Source: a virus
DNA: 57,190 bases
Strand: one strand, 5' to 3'
IMG/VR virus record: IMGVR_UViG_3300033183_000017
Span: 1-57,190 of that record
Both the position numbers and the translations under genes were made by a program. Positions 1 to 9,559 of the stretch are shown here, one piece after another. Position 1 is the first letter of the stretch. The number at the start of each line of letters is the position of its first letter. The notes under the pieces are model-generated. The model had not been told where the DNA came from. It saw nothing but the letters and a program-made list of their open reading frames with translations, and did not search any database.

Positions 1-141
1 ACAAGGGTCACATATGTGGCCTCTGTATTCGCCTGTTTCGTGGTCGTGATCTAGCACTAGCTTACCCATACGTGTATCTTCTGCAGCTACCCCACAACAC
101 TCGCAATTACCATGAGCTTTATGTCCATGCTCTTTTTGTAA
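1..141. repeat. Terminal direct repeat copy 1 (141 nt, identical to 57050..57190); most likely a circular-assembly overlap
   Basis: Base-by-base comparison of the first and last 141 nt shows identity. The repeat is bounded exactly by the window ends and lies inside a coding sequence. Confidence 0.95.
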
Positions 142-357
142 ATGGCGTATTTGAAGTTTCTGTTCGTTAGCACAACACTTACACTTACTAGCATAATATA
201 CTACAGGGTCAAAGTTCTTAGGGTTACTAGTGTAGGATACATGAAAGTATTCCTCTGTTTCTGGAAACGTTTCTTTACATCCGTTACACTGGCGTACTCT
301 TTGTCCCGCTTCAAAAGTTACAATCTTTTTCTCAACCTCAAACAGTTCTAACTGCAT
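1..357 (-). CDS. Endonuclease VII-type nuclease, 5' part (the ORF wraps the window junction and ends at 56960)
   Basis: Own translation from ATG at 357: MQLELFEV..CNGCKETF..CKCCANEQ..GNCECCGV..LVLDHDHETGEYRGHICDPCN, continuing RGIGMLGD.. in 57049..56960. Cys pairs plus DHDH-TG-x-RG-x-C-x2-CN match the T4 endonuclease VII pattern. It is missing from the ORF track because the window edge splits it. Confidence 0.75.
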   Translation of the reverse strand, partial: MQLELFEVEKKIVTFEAGQRVRQCNGCKETFPETEEYFHVSYTSNPKNFDPVVYYASKCKCCANEQKLQIRHLQKEHGHKAHGNCECCGVAAEDTRMGKLVLDHDHETGEYRGHICDPC

Positions 358-545
358 TATATTCCCTTCGGTACTTCCGCACAGTATGCCACTACGTATG
401 CTTCTGGATTAGGTCTGGTAGCCATGTGACTATAGTAGATGTCATTAGCATCGTTCTGACACTTGTGAATATCTCGGTATGGGAAACCCTCTGCGTAAGA
501 GAACATCCCGGCACCATCAATCAATACGACTACCAGAACCCACAT
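357..545 (-). CDS. hypothetical protein (62 aa)
   Basis: Track ORF. Its stop shares a base with the downstream ATG, giving operon-style coupling. Confidence 0.5.
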   Translation of the reverse strand: MWVLVVVLIDGAGMFSYAEGFPYRDIHKCQNDANDIYYSHMATRPNPEAYVVAYCAEVPKGI

Positions 546-670
546 TAGTCTAGCTTCTCTTGTACGTATTCGTAACCTTGCATTACTTTAGGTTCTACGT
601 ATTTGTATGCGTCTGCTGTAGCCTCTGCTGCAGCGACGATAAAGAAAAAGCCAACGATAGTTTCGATCAT
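545..670 (-). CDS. small hydrophobic hypothetical protein (41 aa)
   Basis: Own translation MIETIVGFFFIVAAAEATADAYKYVEPKVMQGYEYVQEKLD. It has ATGA-type overlap with the glutaredoxin stop and shares a base with the next start. Confidence 0.4.
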   Translation of the reverse strand: MIETIVGFFFIVAAAEATADAYKYVEPKVMQGYEYVQEKLD

Positions 671-888
671 TCTAGATACTCCTTAAGTTCTGTGTACCCT
701 CCGATGTAATCACCGTTGTGAAATATCTGAGGTACTGTAGTTATACTGCTGCGCTTTAATAAGTACAGCAGCCATTTGCTTGATTGCGATTGTATATTGT
801 ACTCAGTGTACTGCAGGTTGGCTCCCTTTAAGAGAGCCTTTGCCTGATCGCAGAAGTTACACTGATCACGTGAGATAATTACATACAT
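667..888 (-). CDS. glutaredoxin/NrdH-like redoxin
   Basis: 73 aa with an N-terminal CNFC (CxxC) motif, TVPQIF and GG motifs. It lies immediately downstream of the RNR gene. Confidence 0.8.
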   Translation of the reverse strand: MYVIISRDQCNFCDQAKALLKGANLQYTEYNIQSQSSKWLLYLLKRSSITTVPQIFHNGDYIGGYTELKEYLE

Positions 889-2786
889 TAAGTTAGGTCC
901 ACAATTTCACATGCATCACCAGAGCAAGCCATTGTCTGCATCGCTACAGTGTTGTCTTCATGTTCATACTCTGAAAGCTTCGTCCAGTCAATGCGCTTGG
1001 GCATGAACTCTAGTAGCTCTAGATACTGACCCTCAGTACAATCCTGATAGGGTGCCTGTTGGTAAGTATGATCTGAGTGTGGCAAAAATGACACACCTGA
1101 CATCTCATCGAAGTGCTTGTACACGAATGCACCTACCTCTAGCCATTCATCATCTCGGACAGAGATAGTCACCGATGGTTTATGCTCACACCAGTGACGT
1201 TGATATGTTAGCCATGTCTCTAGCTGTTCGATAGCTGTCATATCATTACGTGTTACCGCATTCTCTGGTGACTTCTGAGGAAAGCTAAACACTGTTGTTG
1301 TGTCACCCTTGAACACGCACGGCTCAGAGGGAATACCCATATCAATCATGAACTTTGTCAGAGGGTCTTTATTGTCCCCACGGACAGTACGAATATAGTA
1401 GGGGCTATGGCGAGCATGAATACCACTAGCTGAGTCAACCAGTTGCGATACGGTACCTGATGGTTTAACGCATGTGATAGCAGCAGAGGCAGGGATACCA
1501 AGGCGTTCAGCCCACTCGTTATTAGTAGCCACAGCCACGGATCGTAGATGCTCAAGTGTTTTCTCCAGTCCTTTGTTCGCTGATGTCATAAGAGGATTGT
1601 CCATTATCCCTGTAAGAGACACGCCAAGCAACCTCTCTTCCTCAGTATTTTTCTGCCACACTTTTCGCAGATACGGGAACTTGGTGAAGCTTGATTGAAT
1701 CGTACCAAGGATCGTAGCCAACTTAACCTTTCGCTCCAAGTCGTCGATGCTATCAGTTGCACGAACAACACACTCCGTAAGGTTGCAGAACTGATAAGGA
1801 CGCAGAATGATTTCGCTGCAGGGATTAGTCCCAAACTCGTAATTACTATCACGTCTACCAAACTTCTCAGCTTGTTTCTTAGATGCTTCACGGTTGAATA
1901 CTCCACGCTCACCTGACTTAGATTCTACTAGCGCAGTCCACTCACGCATGAATGTCTCTACGTCTGGCTTCTCAGTGTACGACACAGAGTTGTTAGCTAG
2001 TGCGCGGTGCGCTGCAGTTTCCCACCACTGCCCTGACTTAGCGTGACGCATACGATCATCACTCAGGTTAGACAAAGAGATCATGGCAGAGCGACGAACA
2101 CCACCAACCACAACAATCTGACCGATAAAGCACATCAAGTCATGACATTCTAGTGATGATAGTTTACGTCCTTGCGCACCCTTGAATGTGGTAACAGCAA
2201 AGTTGAATAGCTCAACCAGTGGCGCGGGGCCAGAGGCACGTCCACCAAACGTTTTTAGTCTTGCACCTGCAGGGCGAACTTTGGTAACATCCCACTTAGG
2301 GATTTCCCCTGCCCACAATAGAGCAAGAACTTGACGGAAAGCTTTCGCCCATCCTTCCTTACTATCCTTCACGACGACTGTGGTATCACTCTCGAACAAC
2401 TCTGGTACTTCTGGGAGCTTAGCGATATGCTGACGCTCGACGCTGAACCCGACACCAGTACCACACAAGAGGATGTACATGGCCTCGTCGAAACTCTTCG
2501 GATCATCGACAGGCAGATATGAACAGTTGTATCCTGCTGTGTTGTCACGCTCTAGTGCAGGACCAGCAGTCATCATCGCTCGCATGGATGGCATGATGTC
2601 TAGGCTCAAGATCGCATCACGAATCTGGTTAATGTACGAGTCATCTCCTGCGACTTTACGCACAACGTTATCCATGTAACGCTCTACTGTTTCGTCCCAG
2701 TTCTCACGTCCTTTACCATCGTAGTACTTGGCGTAACGTGACTTGTGAATGAATGATTGATAATCTGTGGGTAGCAAATTGCTCAT
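888..2786 (-). CDS. nrdJ: ribonucleotide reductase, class II (B12-dependent) type
   Basis: 632 aa with an NPCSEI..FCNL active-site loop. The N-terminal KSRYAKY..RENWDETVERY resembles class II enzymes. The genome has no beta-subunit gene, so the class is inferred. Confidence 0.85.
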   Translation of the reverse strand: MSNLLPTDYQSFIHKSRYAKYYDGKGRENWDETVERYMDNVVRKVAGDDSYINQIRDAILSLDIMPSMRAMMTAGPALERDNTAGYNCSYLPVDDPKSFDEAMYILLCGTGVGFSVERQHIAKLPEVPELFESDTTVVVKDSKEGWAKAFRQVLALLWAGEIPKWDVTKVRPAGARLKTFGGRASGPAPLVELFNFAVTTFKGAQGRKLSSLECHDLMCFIGQIVVVGGVRRSAMISLSNLSDDRMRHAKSGQWWETAAHRALANNSVSYTEKPDVETFMREWTALVESKSGERGVFNREASKKQAEKFGRRDSNYEFGTNPCSEIILRPYQFCNLTECVVRATDSIDDLERKVKLATILGTIQSSFTKFPYLRKVWQKNTEEERLLGVSLTGIMDNPLMTSANKGLEKTLEHLRSVAVATNNEWAERLGIPASAAITCVKPSGTVSQLVDSASGIHARHSPYYIRTVRGDNKDPLTKFMIDMGIPSEPCVFKGDTTTVFSFPQKSPENAVTRNDMTAIEQLETWLTYQRHWCEHKPSVTISVRDDEWLEVGAFVYKHFDEMSGVSFLPHSDHTYQQAPYQDCTEGQYLELLEFMPKRIDWTKLSEYEHEDNTVAMQTMACSGDACEIVDLT

Positions 2787-3160
2787 CGGTTATCCCCGCT
2801 TCCTCTTAGTTTATTTCGTTTCTGTCTATCGTCTAGCTTCTGGATGTTAAGCTCAAGTACTTCTTGTAGCCCACGCCCATAGATGTTTGCTAGTGCAGTG
2901 GCATAGAATACCACATCACCTAGTTCCTTCATGATCTCTTCGTTAGCATACTTGTTGTTGTCGCGGATCAACTTCTTAATCTTCTCCGCAACCTCACCTG
3001 CTTCACCTACAAGACCAAGGGTGTTCTCAACCAAGCGATCCTGTCCCTCAGTTAAAATCTTCTTCTCAACCCAACCTGAATACAGGTCAGCCCAGTCTAC
3101 TTCATCTGTACCAAAGGCATCGAAGTAGCCCATGTTATCTAAATCTTTCTCGCTTATCAT
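2783..3160 (-). CDS. mazG: MazG-like nucleoside triphosphate pyrophosphohydrolase
   Basis: 125 aa with EAGEVAEKIKK and ELGDVVFY helices, typical of the MazG all-alpha NTP-PPase fold. Confidence 0.8.
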   Translation of the reverse strand: MISEKDLDNMGYFDAFGTDEVDWADLYSGWVEKKILTEGQDRLVENTLGLVGEAGEVAEKIKKLIRDNNKYANEEIMKELGDVVFYATALANIYGRGLQEVLELNIQKLDDRQKRNKLRGSGDNR

Positions 3161-3321
3161 TTCTTCTCCTTCACAGTTAAGCTCTCTATACTTACATCGT
3201 CTATGTCATACATGATACCACGTATTAGATCATAGACATCTTCCTCATGATCCTCCTCGTAAGCGGATAGGATATTGTTATCTTCATCTACGGTAAGAAC
3301 GTATGAGATACTGTATTTCAT
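3157..3321 (-). CDS. small acidic hypothetical protein (54 aa)
   Basis: Own translation MKYSISYVLTVDEDNNILSAYEEDHEEDVYDL... It has ATGA overlaps at both ends. Confidence 0.45.
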   Translation of the reverse strand: MKYSISYVLTVDEDNNILSAYEEDHEEDVYDLIRGIMYDIDDVSIESLTVKEKK

Positions 3322-3539
3322 TTATGCTTCTCTTGGTACACTTCTATTAGTTTGTTTAGATACCACTGTGCCTTTTGTAAATCCTCAAGGCCATTCTTAT
3401 AACGGTAACGCCAGATGTACTTCATGATGTTACCCTGTAGGTAACCCTCTGCTTGCTCATTAGTAGCAGCCATGATTGCTTCGATAGCTTCTATACCACC
3501 TGTGTTGTAGTGGACAGGTTTGTTGACTGGATCGTTCAT
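3318..3539 (-). CDS. DUF3310-like phage protein
   Basis: PVHYN..GIEAIEAI..GNIMKYIWRYRYKNG.EDLQKAQWYL matches my recollection of the DUF3310 pattern. Confidence 0.65.
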   Translation of the reverse strand: MNDPVNKPVHYNTGGIEAIEAIMAATNEQAEGYLQGNIMKYIWRYRYKNGLEDLQKAQWYLNKLIEVYQEKHK

Positions 3540-3901
3540 GCATTCCCCTGTGTCTTAGTCCATCTGTTAAGACGGATAACGTTGTCTTCTTTCTCATACC
3601 CTTCTTCAGCTTCTTGCTCTGCCATAGCTTGAGCATACTGATCGGGGAATATCTCTGCTAACATGTCGTGCTTATAATCGTCAAGCATGTCTAGCATATC
3701 TGGATAGTCTTGAATGTAAGCTAGGGCAGCAGCCATACTGATAGCAGCATCAAGCATGGCATGACCTGCTTCCCCAGTGTGCTTCTCTAACTCATTACCA
3801 AACGTGATACCTGTCTTTAGTTCGTAGGTCCACTTACCATCATCATCCAACACAGGTTTGATAACAACAGCTACCTCATCATCCTTAACTTTATACATCA
3901 C
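3536..3901 (-). CDS. hypothetical protein (121 aa, acidic)
   Basis: Track ORF with 4-nt overlaps on both sides. Confidence 0.55.
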   Translation of the reverse strand: MMYKVKDDEVAVVIKPVLDDDGKWTYELKTGITFGNELEKHTGEAGHAMLDAAISMAAALAYIQDYPDMLDMLDDYKHDMLAEIFPDQYAQAMAEQEAEEGYEKEDNVIRLNRWTKTQGNA

Positions 3902-4335
3902 GCTCTCCGTTTTACTTTAAGGCGTTGCTCTTTCATTCGCTTGCCTTTTTCTTTTAACCACTCTTCAGGTATAACACGGTGCGCCCACTTGAAGTTGTGC
4001 TTGTTACACCAATCTGAATAGCGAGACTTAGCGCCCTTGTAAAGCTTGGCGTTAGCATTACTAAACACAAAGCGAATGTCTAAGCTAGGATGCTGCTTGG
4101 CTATTTCAAGGTGCTTGCGTCTATCTGCAGCACTGAACAATCCTTTAGTTTCGATTATGATTCCGTTGTCCAACTCAAAGTCTGGCGTGTACGTGCGATA
4201 CTTCAAGTCTTCCCATTCTATCTTCAGCTTCTCATAAGCTACAATCTTTTGACGGGACTCTAAGAAAGCAGCGGCCTCTTGTTCGAGGCCACTACGATAA
4301 GTTCTTTTGTTGTGTCTACGCGGCAAGTCCATCAC
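3898..4335 (-). CDS. T7 endonuclease I-like Holliday junction resolvase
   Basis: YTPDF..NGIIIETKG....DRRKHL.I..QHP.LDIRFVF...NAKLYKG parallels T7 gp3 (YTPDF..NGIFVETKG..DRKKHLLIREQHPELDIRIVF). Confidence 0.85.
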   Translation of the reverse strand: MMDLPRRHNKRTYRSGLEQEAAAFLESRQKIVAYEKLKIEWEDLKYRTYTPDFELDNGIIIETKGLFSAADRRKHLEIAKQHPSLDIRFVFSNANAKLYKGAKSRYSDWCNKHNFKWAHRVIPEEWLKEKGKRMKEQRLKVKRRA

Positions 4336-5179
4336 CTACAAATACGTAATCAACATCTGGTGGGTTCGGTGACTTAGAGACACGGCTTGGCAGCGTCTGT
4401 AGTGTAGGGTGACACTTGTGTTTGAAGTCACAGAATCTACACTCCCCGGGTAGCACTAGGTTACCTGATGGTTTCTTGTAGTAAGTCTCAGGCACTGGCT
4501 CAAAGCAACGCTCGAAGGGTTCGTCGTTGTCAATGTAGTCCACTAGGTTTTGAATGTCCTGTAGTACCGCATCCTTGTCTACCTCAGATGCATCTACGTA
4601 CTTGAACTCACCGTTACCTTTGTTGACTACCCACCAACCACCAACATCTTTACCTGCTGCTGTGGCGTAGCCTACTAGCTGTGCAACATAACCAAAGCCA
4701 TCGCTCTTGCTTAGCTTGTGGAAGTTTTCAAACTTATTCTTGTAAGACCAAGGTGACGCAGACTTAACGTCATCAATCTTACCGTTCATCTCCATGTCGT
4801 ACTCGCCTTTGATCTCTCTACCGTTATCAAGCTTGAGTGTAACACTGTCGTTGTCTTTGAAGTCCTGTCCTGCTGCACGTAGTAGTCCCTTGAACACAGC
4901 CTCAACGATGTCGCCAAGGATCATGTTCATCAGGAAGTGGGGCGGGAACGGTGTTCTATCTTCAGGGTCATTCTTCTCAAACCACAACTGGCATTTAGGC
5001 TTACCAATATTAGACATGCGCAAGCGGAAGTCATCTCTAGGTCCAGAGTTGAACTGCTTATTCAGCGCATCCTTGACATCAGAGGCAACCATGTCGGCTA
5101 CCTCGTCAGTCATCTTGGCCTTACCATCCATGGCTAGTTGCAAGAAGCTATAGACCGCTAGTTCTGCGGGATGGTTCAT
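4316..5179 (-). CDS. PD-(D/E)XK exonuclease, Cas4/RecB-like
   Basis: 287 aa with a D..(D/E)xK core (GKIDDVKS). An N-terminal Cys (KPKCQLW) plus a C-terminal CRFCDFKHKC cluster resembles Cas4 Fe-S ligands. Confidence 0.7.
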   Translation of the reverse strand: MNHPAELAVYSFLQLAMDGKAKMTDEVADMVASDVKDALNKQFNSGPRDDFRLRMSNIGKPKCQLWFEKNDPEDRTPFPPHFLMNMILGDIVEAVFKGLLRAAGQDFKDNDSVTLKLDNGREIKGEYDMEMNGKIDDVKSASPWSYKNKFENFHKLSKSDGFGYVAQLVGYATAAGKDVGGWWVVNKGNGEFKYVDASEVDKDAVLQDIQNLVDYIDNDEPFERCFEPVPETYYKKPSGNLVLPGECRFCDFKHKCHPTLQTLPSRVSKSPNPPDVDYVFVGDGLAA

Positions 5180-6054
5180 CAGTCAACGTCCACGAAATCG
5201 TTGTTGATAATGTCTGACACCATCGCATCATCTGCAGGTGACATAGCTTTGTTGGAACGCTCATGGTGTAGATCAAGAATCTTACCGTTGCTGTACTCAA
5301 TCAATTCGATAAAGTCTTTCAGCATATCGTTGTCACCTTCAGAGATGTCAACACGATCACCTAGTGATGCTTTGATGTAACCAAACTTAGCACCACTTGC
5401 GATACTACCTTCTACTCCGTCAAGCTGAACAGTAGACATAATAGGCAGCATGTTCTTGCGCTGCAAAGAAGTAAGTACACCGTTGATAGACTTGATAGAG
5501 TCACGGTTCTTTACATCCATAACGAAGGGTACATCTACGTAGGAATCAGTAGGTAGTGCCTCACCCTTTTCGTTCATGGGCTTTAGCAGTGTGATTGTAC
5601 CGTAATAGATATTAACCTTCTTAACGCTACGAATGATAGCCTTTGTATCATCAGGCACAGAGTTCCAGTCTTCGATGTAACCAGATGGTCGGCCCAAGTT
5701 TAGCCCACCGATGTTATCCTTCAAGTCACCACTCAGGGTGTTAGCTTGTACAGACTTTTCCATCTCGCCTGTCTCGTCATTCCAACGCTGCCACTGTTGA
5801 CGCTGCGCAAAGATACGCACCTCTACACCATCACTGTAAATCTTTTCGTCACCCTTGGTCATGATGAAAGACCCGACAGATACTACCTCTGTCTTAATAG
5901 TCTTACCTGCAACATCCATCTCACCCATGATAGGTGCGTGTAGCATACCGATACGTGCGATTGAAGGTGTAGCTTCGCCGCCTGATGTTGATACACCCAT
6001 AAGCTCTGCCATAGATTGACCGCGTTCTGCTGCGATTGTTAGTTCATTACTCAT
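5179..6054 (-). CDS. putative ssDNA-binding/annealing protein (gp2.5-like position)
   Basis: 291 aa between the polymerase and exonuclease genes, with an acidic/aromatic C-terminal tail (DIINNDFVDVD). It has its own promoter and SD. Function is inferred from context only. Confidence 0.4.
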   Translation of the reverse strand: MSNELTIAAERGQSMAELMGVSTSGGEATPSIARIGMLHAPIMGEMDVAGKTIKTEVVSVGSFIMTKGDEKIYSDGVEVRIFAQRQQWQRWNDETGEMEKSVQANTLSGDLKDNIGGLNLGRPSGYIEDWNSVPDDTKAIIRSVKKVNIYYGTITLLKPMNEKGEALPTDSYVDVPFVMDVKNRDSIKSINGVLTSLQRKNMLPIMSTVQLDGVEGSIASGAKFGYIKASLGDRVDISEGDNDMLKDFIELIEYSNGKILDLHHERSNKAMSPADDAMVSDIINNDFVDVD

Positions 6055-6088
6055 TTCTATACCTTTCTATAGAGTCAAAGAGGACTAA

Positions 6089-6116
6089 GTTATAGCTCAA
6101 ACATCAACTGTGTCAA
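6089..6116 (-). promoter_or_regulatory. sigma70-like promoter TTGACA-N16-TATAAC (leftward)
   Basis: The reverse complement of 6111..6116 is TTGACA and of 6089..6094 is TATAAC. It sits at the 3' end of the pol gene, ~35 nt upstream of the 5179..6054 start. Confidence 0.5.
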
Positions 6117-8181
6117 GCCAGTTGGGACCAATTTTTGCTTCTAATAATAGTGGCACATTCATCTTGATCCCATATGTTTTCTCTACAAGATCGTTGATCC
6201 CGTTGTTAAGTAGTTGAACGATATGTAATACCTTCTGCTCTTCATCAGGGTGTACGTCCACAACCATACTGTCATGCACGGAGTTAACTACAACAGAATG
6301 TAGTGGCTGTAACAATTCGTGAAGTCTGTTGAGTACAACAGGTACCACGTCACCAGTAGCAAAACCCTGCACTGGGTAGTTCTTGATCATGGTGAAGTGA
6401 CTAGGTGAACCGTTGTCTCTGCGTTTACAATCTGGGAAAGCATACTGTCTGCCTGACACGTTAGTGATCTTCTGAAACCGTATGGCCTCATCACCTAGCG
6501 TCTTGTGCCATGCTGCTATTCCTCGGTACTTTTCGACGAAGTGATTGTAATAGGCGGCGACAGCTTTTGTACGTCCAAATCCAGTGGCTCCAAAGAGGGG
6601 AGCGAAGGTGTGCGCCTTTGCTTCTTGGCGGGACGTTTGTTCCCCTGCTTCAGTAATGACTTTCGCTGTGTACGAGTGTACGTCGAATCCTGTTGCAATT
6701 TCTTCCATCGCCGTTTCGTCCTGCGCGAGGAACGCTGCGGTTCTGAATTCAAGTTGGGCAAAGTCGGCCTCCATGATTTTCCCGTTGGGCCACCGTGATA
6801 CAAACACTTTCTTAACTGGGAATGTACCACCGCGTGGCATGTTCTGCATGTTAGGGTTACGCCCACTGAAACGCCCAGTGGCTGTAACGTGTTGGGTTAG
6901 ACCTACATGTAGGAACCCATCTGGTTTTGTAAAGTTTGATATACCCTCTACAAAAGAATTAAGGTAGCTACTAACAGCAGACAAGCGTTTGAGATCAGCA
7001 AGAAACTCTGCCGCATCATGCATCCCACGATTTTTAGCAGTCGCTTCCAACGACTCAAGGTTACCTTTGCTTGTACTAAAACCATTCTTGCTAACCCAAT
7101 CTTTACTTGGGGCTGTGAAATTGAGGCCCGCGACTTGAGATGTTTCTTCCAGTCTGAAGCCACGTGCTTCGCAGTCCTTACATTTGTTCGGTTTGGCATA
7201 CTTTGTTCCATCCTTCTTTACTTTATACGTTTTCCCTTGACCCTCACAGGTCGGACAGGTGTACGCTTTTGTCCTATAGATCGTCTGACTGTTGGCGTTG
7301 ACTGCTTCTTTAAATTCTTGAACAGTTTGCGTATGGTCAAAGAGGCCATCCCAGTCCTTCTTATTATTGATCCGTTTGGAGAATACCACCTGCGACATTT
7401 GCTCTGGCGAATTAAGATTGATAGGGGTGTCCCCCATAAGTTGCCTGACTTTCTTTTGCAGACGTGTTTCGATCTCGGCTTTCTCTTGTTCAAACTCATG
7501 TCTTACTCGCTCCAACTCTTGAAGATCGACTCTGATTCCTGACATGTACATTTGGGTAAGGGTTCGGCAGGTATCAAAGGTTGTATCTCTAATTGTGTGG
7601 AGAGAGGCGCTGTCTGGCTTGGCGTAGTCTGCTTCGATAGCATGGTACAACTCGCAAGTAGTAAGTAGATCGTGACGGAGATAAAAGCTAAGCTCCTTGA
7701 GAGGTATCTGTGAAGTTTTATATCCCTCTTTGAAGTATCGTTTAAGTGTATCATCTTTCTGTACCTTCAGTTGTCTACGCTCAGCACATGCCTCTAGGTT
7801 TAACGGTGTCCGTTGTCCACGATCTAGTACATACTCTGCTAACATGGTGTCATAGATAGCGCCATCATACTTGTATCCACATTCCCACAACCACATAAGA
7901 TCGTGCTGTGCGTTGTGCATGATAAGCAACGTAGTCATGTCTAGGATTTGCTGTACAAACGCACGTCCTTTACCTGTCGTATCCTTAGCTTCATCATGAT
8001 CTATATTAACAATCCAACGTTGACTAGGATCATCAGCATTAAGCATACCCACCTGCACTAGATAGTTGTCAGGCTCATACGGGTCCATGTGTTTCTTGCC
8101 ATCACGGACAAGGCTGTTGTTCTCTACGTCTAGTACTAGTCTCATGTCTACCTCACGCTGAATAGATAGAGCGTGACCCAT
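6097..8181 (-). CDS. family A DNA polymerase with 3'-5' exonuclease domain (likely true start ATG 8145)
   Basis: Exo motif LVLDVENN, motif A ADFAQLEFR, motif B RQEAKAHTFAPLFG, motif C VHDSMVVD. GAGG lies 5 nt upstream of the ATG at 8145. Confidence 0.95.
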   Translation of the reverse strand: MGHALSIQREVDMRLVLDVENNSLVRDGKKHMDPYEPDNYLVQVGMLNADDPSQRWIVNIDHDEAKDTTGKGRAFVQQILDMTTLLIMHNAQHDLMWLWECGYKYDGAIYDTMLAEYVLDRGQRTPLNLEACAERRQLKVQKDDTLKRYFKEGYKTSQIPLKELSFYLRHDLLTTCELYHAIEADYAKPDSASLHTIRDTTFDTCRTLTQMYMSGIRVDLQELERVRHEFEQEKAEIETRLQKKVRQLMGDTPINLNSPEQMSQVVFSKRINNKKDWDGLFDHTQTVQEFKEAVNANSQTIYRTKAYTCPTCEGQGKTYKVKKDGTKYAKPNKCKDCEARGFRLEETSQVAGLNFTAPSKDWVSKNGFSTSKGNLESLEATAKNRGMHDAAEFLADLKRLSAVSSYLNSFVEGISNFTKPDGFLHVGLTQHVTATGRFSGRNPNMQNMPRGGTFPVKKVFVSRWPNGKIMEADFAQLEFRTAAFLAQDETAMEEIATGFDVHSYTAKVITEAGEQTSRQEAKAHTFAPLFGATGFGRTKAVAAYYNHFVEKYRGIAAWHKTLGDEAIRFQKITNVSGRQYAFPDCKRRDNGSPSHFTMIKNYPVQGFATGDVVPVVLNRLHELLQPLHSVVVNSVHDSMVVDVHPDEEQKVLHIVQLLNNGINDLVEKTYGIKMNVPLLLEAKIGPNWLDTVDV

Positions 8182-9376
8182 CTAGCTGACAGGTAATCTT
8201 CCCTTGGAATCCATTCAGTTTATTCTTGGCAAGGTTCAGGTAACGAATGGGGTCTTCGTCTTCACCCTCTGCTTGCTGTGTCTTCCCAATCAGTATCATC
8301 AGGTCTGCTTCTGCAGCTTTCCCGGTTTTACTTCCTTCCATCATGGCTTGGTTTAGGTCAGCCTTACCTTCAGCTTCTGCTGATAGCTGCGACATCCAGA
8401 TCACACAACAGTCATACTGCTTAGCGATGTTACGTGCATGGATAGCAGCGGTCTTGAGTGTGATGTCGCTACGCTCACTACTAACATCCGCGAACTTGTC
8501 ACCCATGTCAAGCACTACGATGTCAGGCTTCTCTTGTTTTACCACAGCCTCAACCCACGCCATGTTCTTACCTGTACTATCCTTGAACATAACATTCTTA
8601 CGGATAGACTCATAACGTTTGTGTGCTAGTGCTTTGTTCTCACGTACCTCAGTCATAGTCATGTTGGCAGAGGCACTGATGTACCGTGCAGCCACACGTG
8701 TGTATGCTTCCTCGTTACACAACACGATACACTTGGCACCCTGATGTGCAAACCCTTCGGCCCCTGCTAGTAGAGAGGCATGGAAAGAAGTTTTACCAGT
8801 ATTGGGACGAGCGCCAACCAAGACAAGATGACCACCGCTAACGCCTTCAACCCGCCGCGCGAGTGACCCGATGTTAAACTTAAACCGCGATTCCAAAAGC
8901 GTTGCATCAAGTATTGTGTCAAGGCTATTGTCATCCCAGTCAACACGAAGGTTAGGAGTAAAGTCATCTTTGAAATCCTCTAGTAGTTTGCGCAGTGGTT
9001 CAAGACTGCTCTCTGTACCGTTCACAAAGTCGAAGCCAAGGTTAGCAACCTGATCACCGACATACTGTTGGAACATCTGAGATAAGGTGTCTTGTGCTAT
9101 CTCTTCTTTGATAGGCTCAACAATCTCTAGTCGCTTGAACAGATCGTCGTATGCACCACGTGTAGCTGTAGTCATGCTTGCGTTCATGCGATTGAACACA
9201 GCGTACAAGTCAGCAACGCTTAGGTCTACGTACTCATACGCTTCCATCGCTGCGTCAAGGGATTGCTTGATCTTACGAACATCCTTGGTAAAGATTTTGT
9301 CAGGACATTTGATGCCCTTGTGTCTGTCGTAAAAGTCACGATTCAGTAGCGTCTTAACTAGAGCTAGTTCCATCAT
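8153..9376 (-). CDS. DnaB/T7 gp4-like replicative helicase
   Basis: Walker A GARPNTGKTS and Walker B IVVLDMGD. It lies between the primase and polymerase genes. Confidence 0.9.
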   Translation of the reverse strand: MMELALVKTLLNRDFYDRHKGIKCPDKIFTKDVRKIKQSLDAAMEAYEYVDLSVADLYAVFNRMNASMTTATRGAYDDLFKRLEIVEPIKEEIAQDTLSQMFQQYVGDQVANLGFDFVNGTESSLEPLRKLLEDFKDDFTPNLRVDWDDNSLDTILDATLLESRFKFNIGSLARRVEGVSGGHLVLVGARPNTGKTSFHASLLAGAEGFAHQGAKCIVLCNEEAYTRVAARYISASANMTMTEVRENKALAHKRYESIRKNVMFKDSTGKNMAWVEAVVKQEKPDIVVLDMGDKFADVSSERSDITLKTAAIHARNIAKQYDCCVIWMSQLSAEAEGKADLNQAMMEGSKTGKAAEADLMILIGKTQQAEGEDEDPIRYLNLAKNKLNGFQGKITCQLDGSRSIYSA

Positions 9377-9551
9377 CGTCTTTGTCTCCTATTAGTATTC
9401 TGTAATAAACTTCCAACGCTGCCAAGGGCCACATCACTGCGAACCGCATGGGCGCACCTGTATCTTCCTCGTCTACAGGTGACGCTAAGTAGCGCAAGAA
9501 GGGTATCACAAACAAGTATGTAAATGCAACACCGTAAAAAAAGTTAATCAT
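9354..9551 (-). CDS. small membrane protein (65 aa)
   Basis: Hydrophobic N-terminus FFYGVAFTYLFVIPFL. Track ORF. Confidence 0.45.
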   Translation of the reverse strand: MINFFYGVAFTYLFVIPFLRYLASPVDEEDTGAPMRFAVMWPLAALEVYYRILIGDKDDDGTSSS

Positions 9552-9559
9552 GTTTTCCT

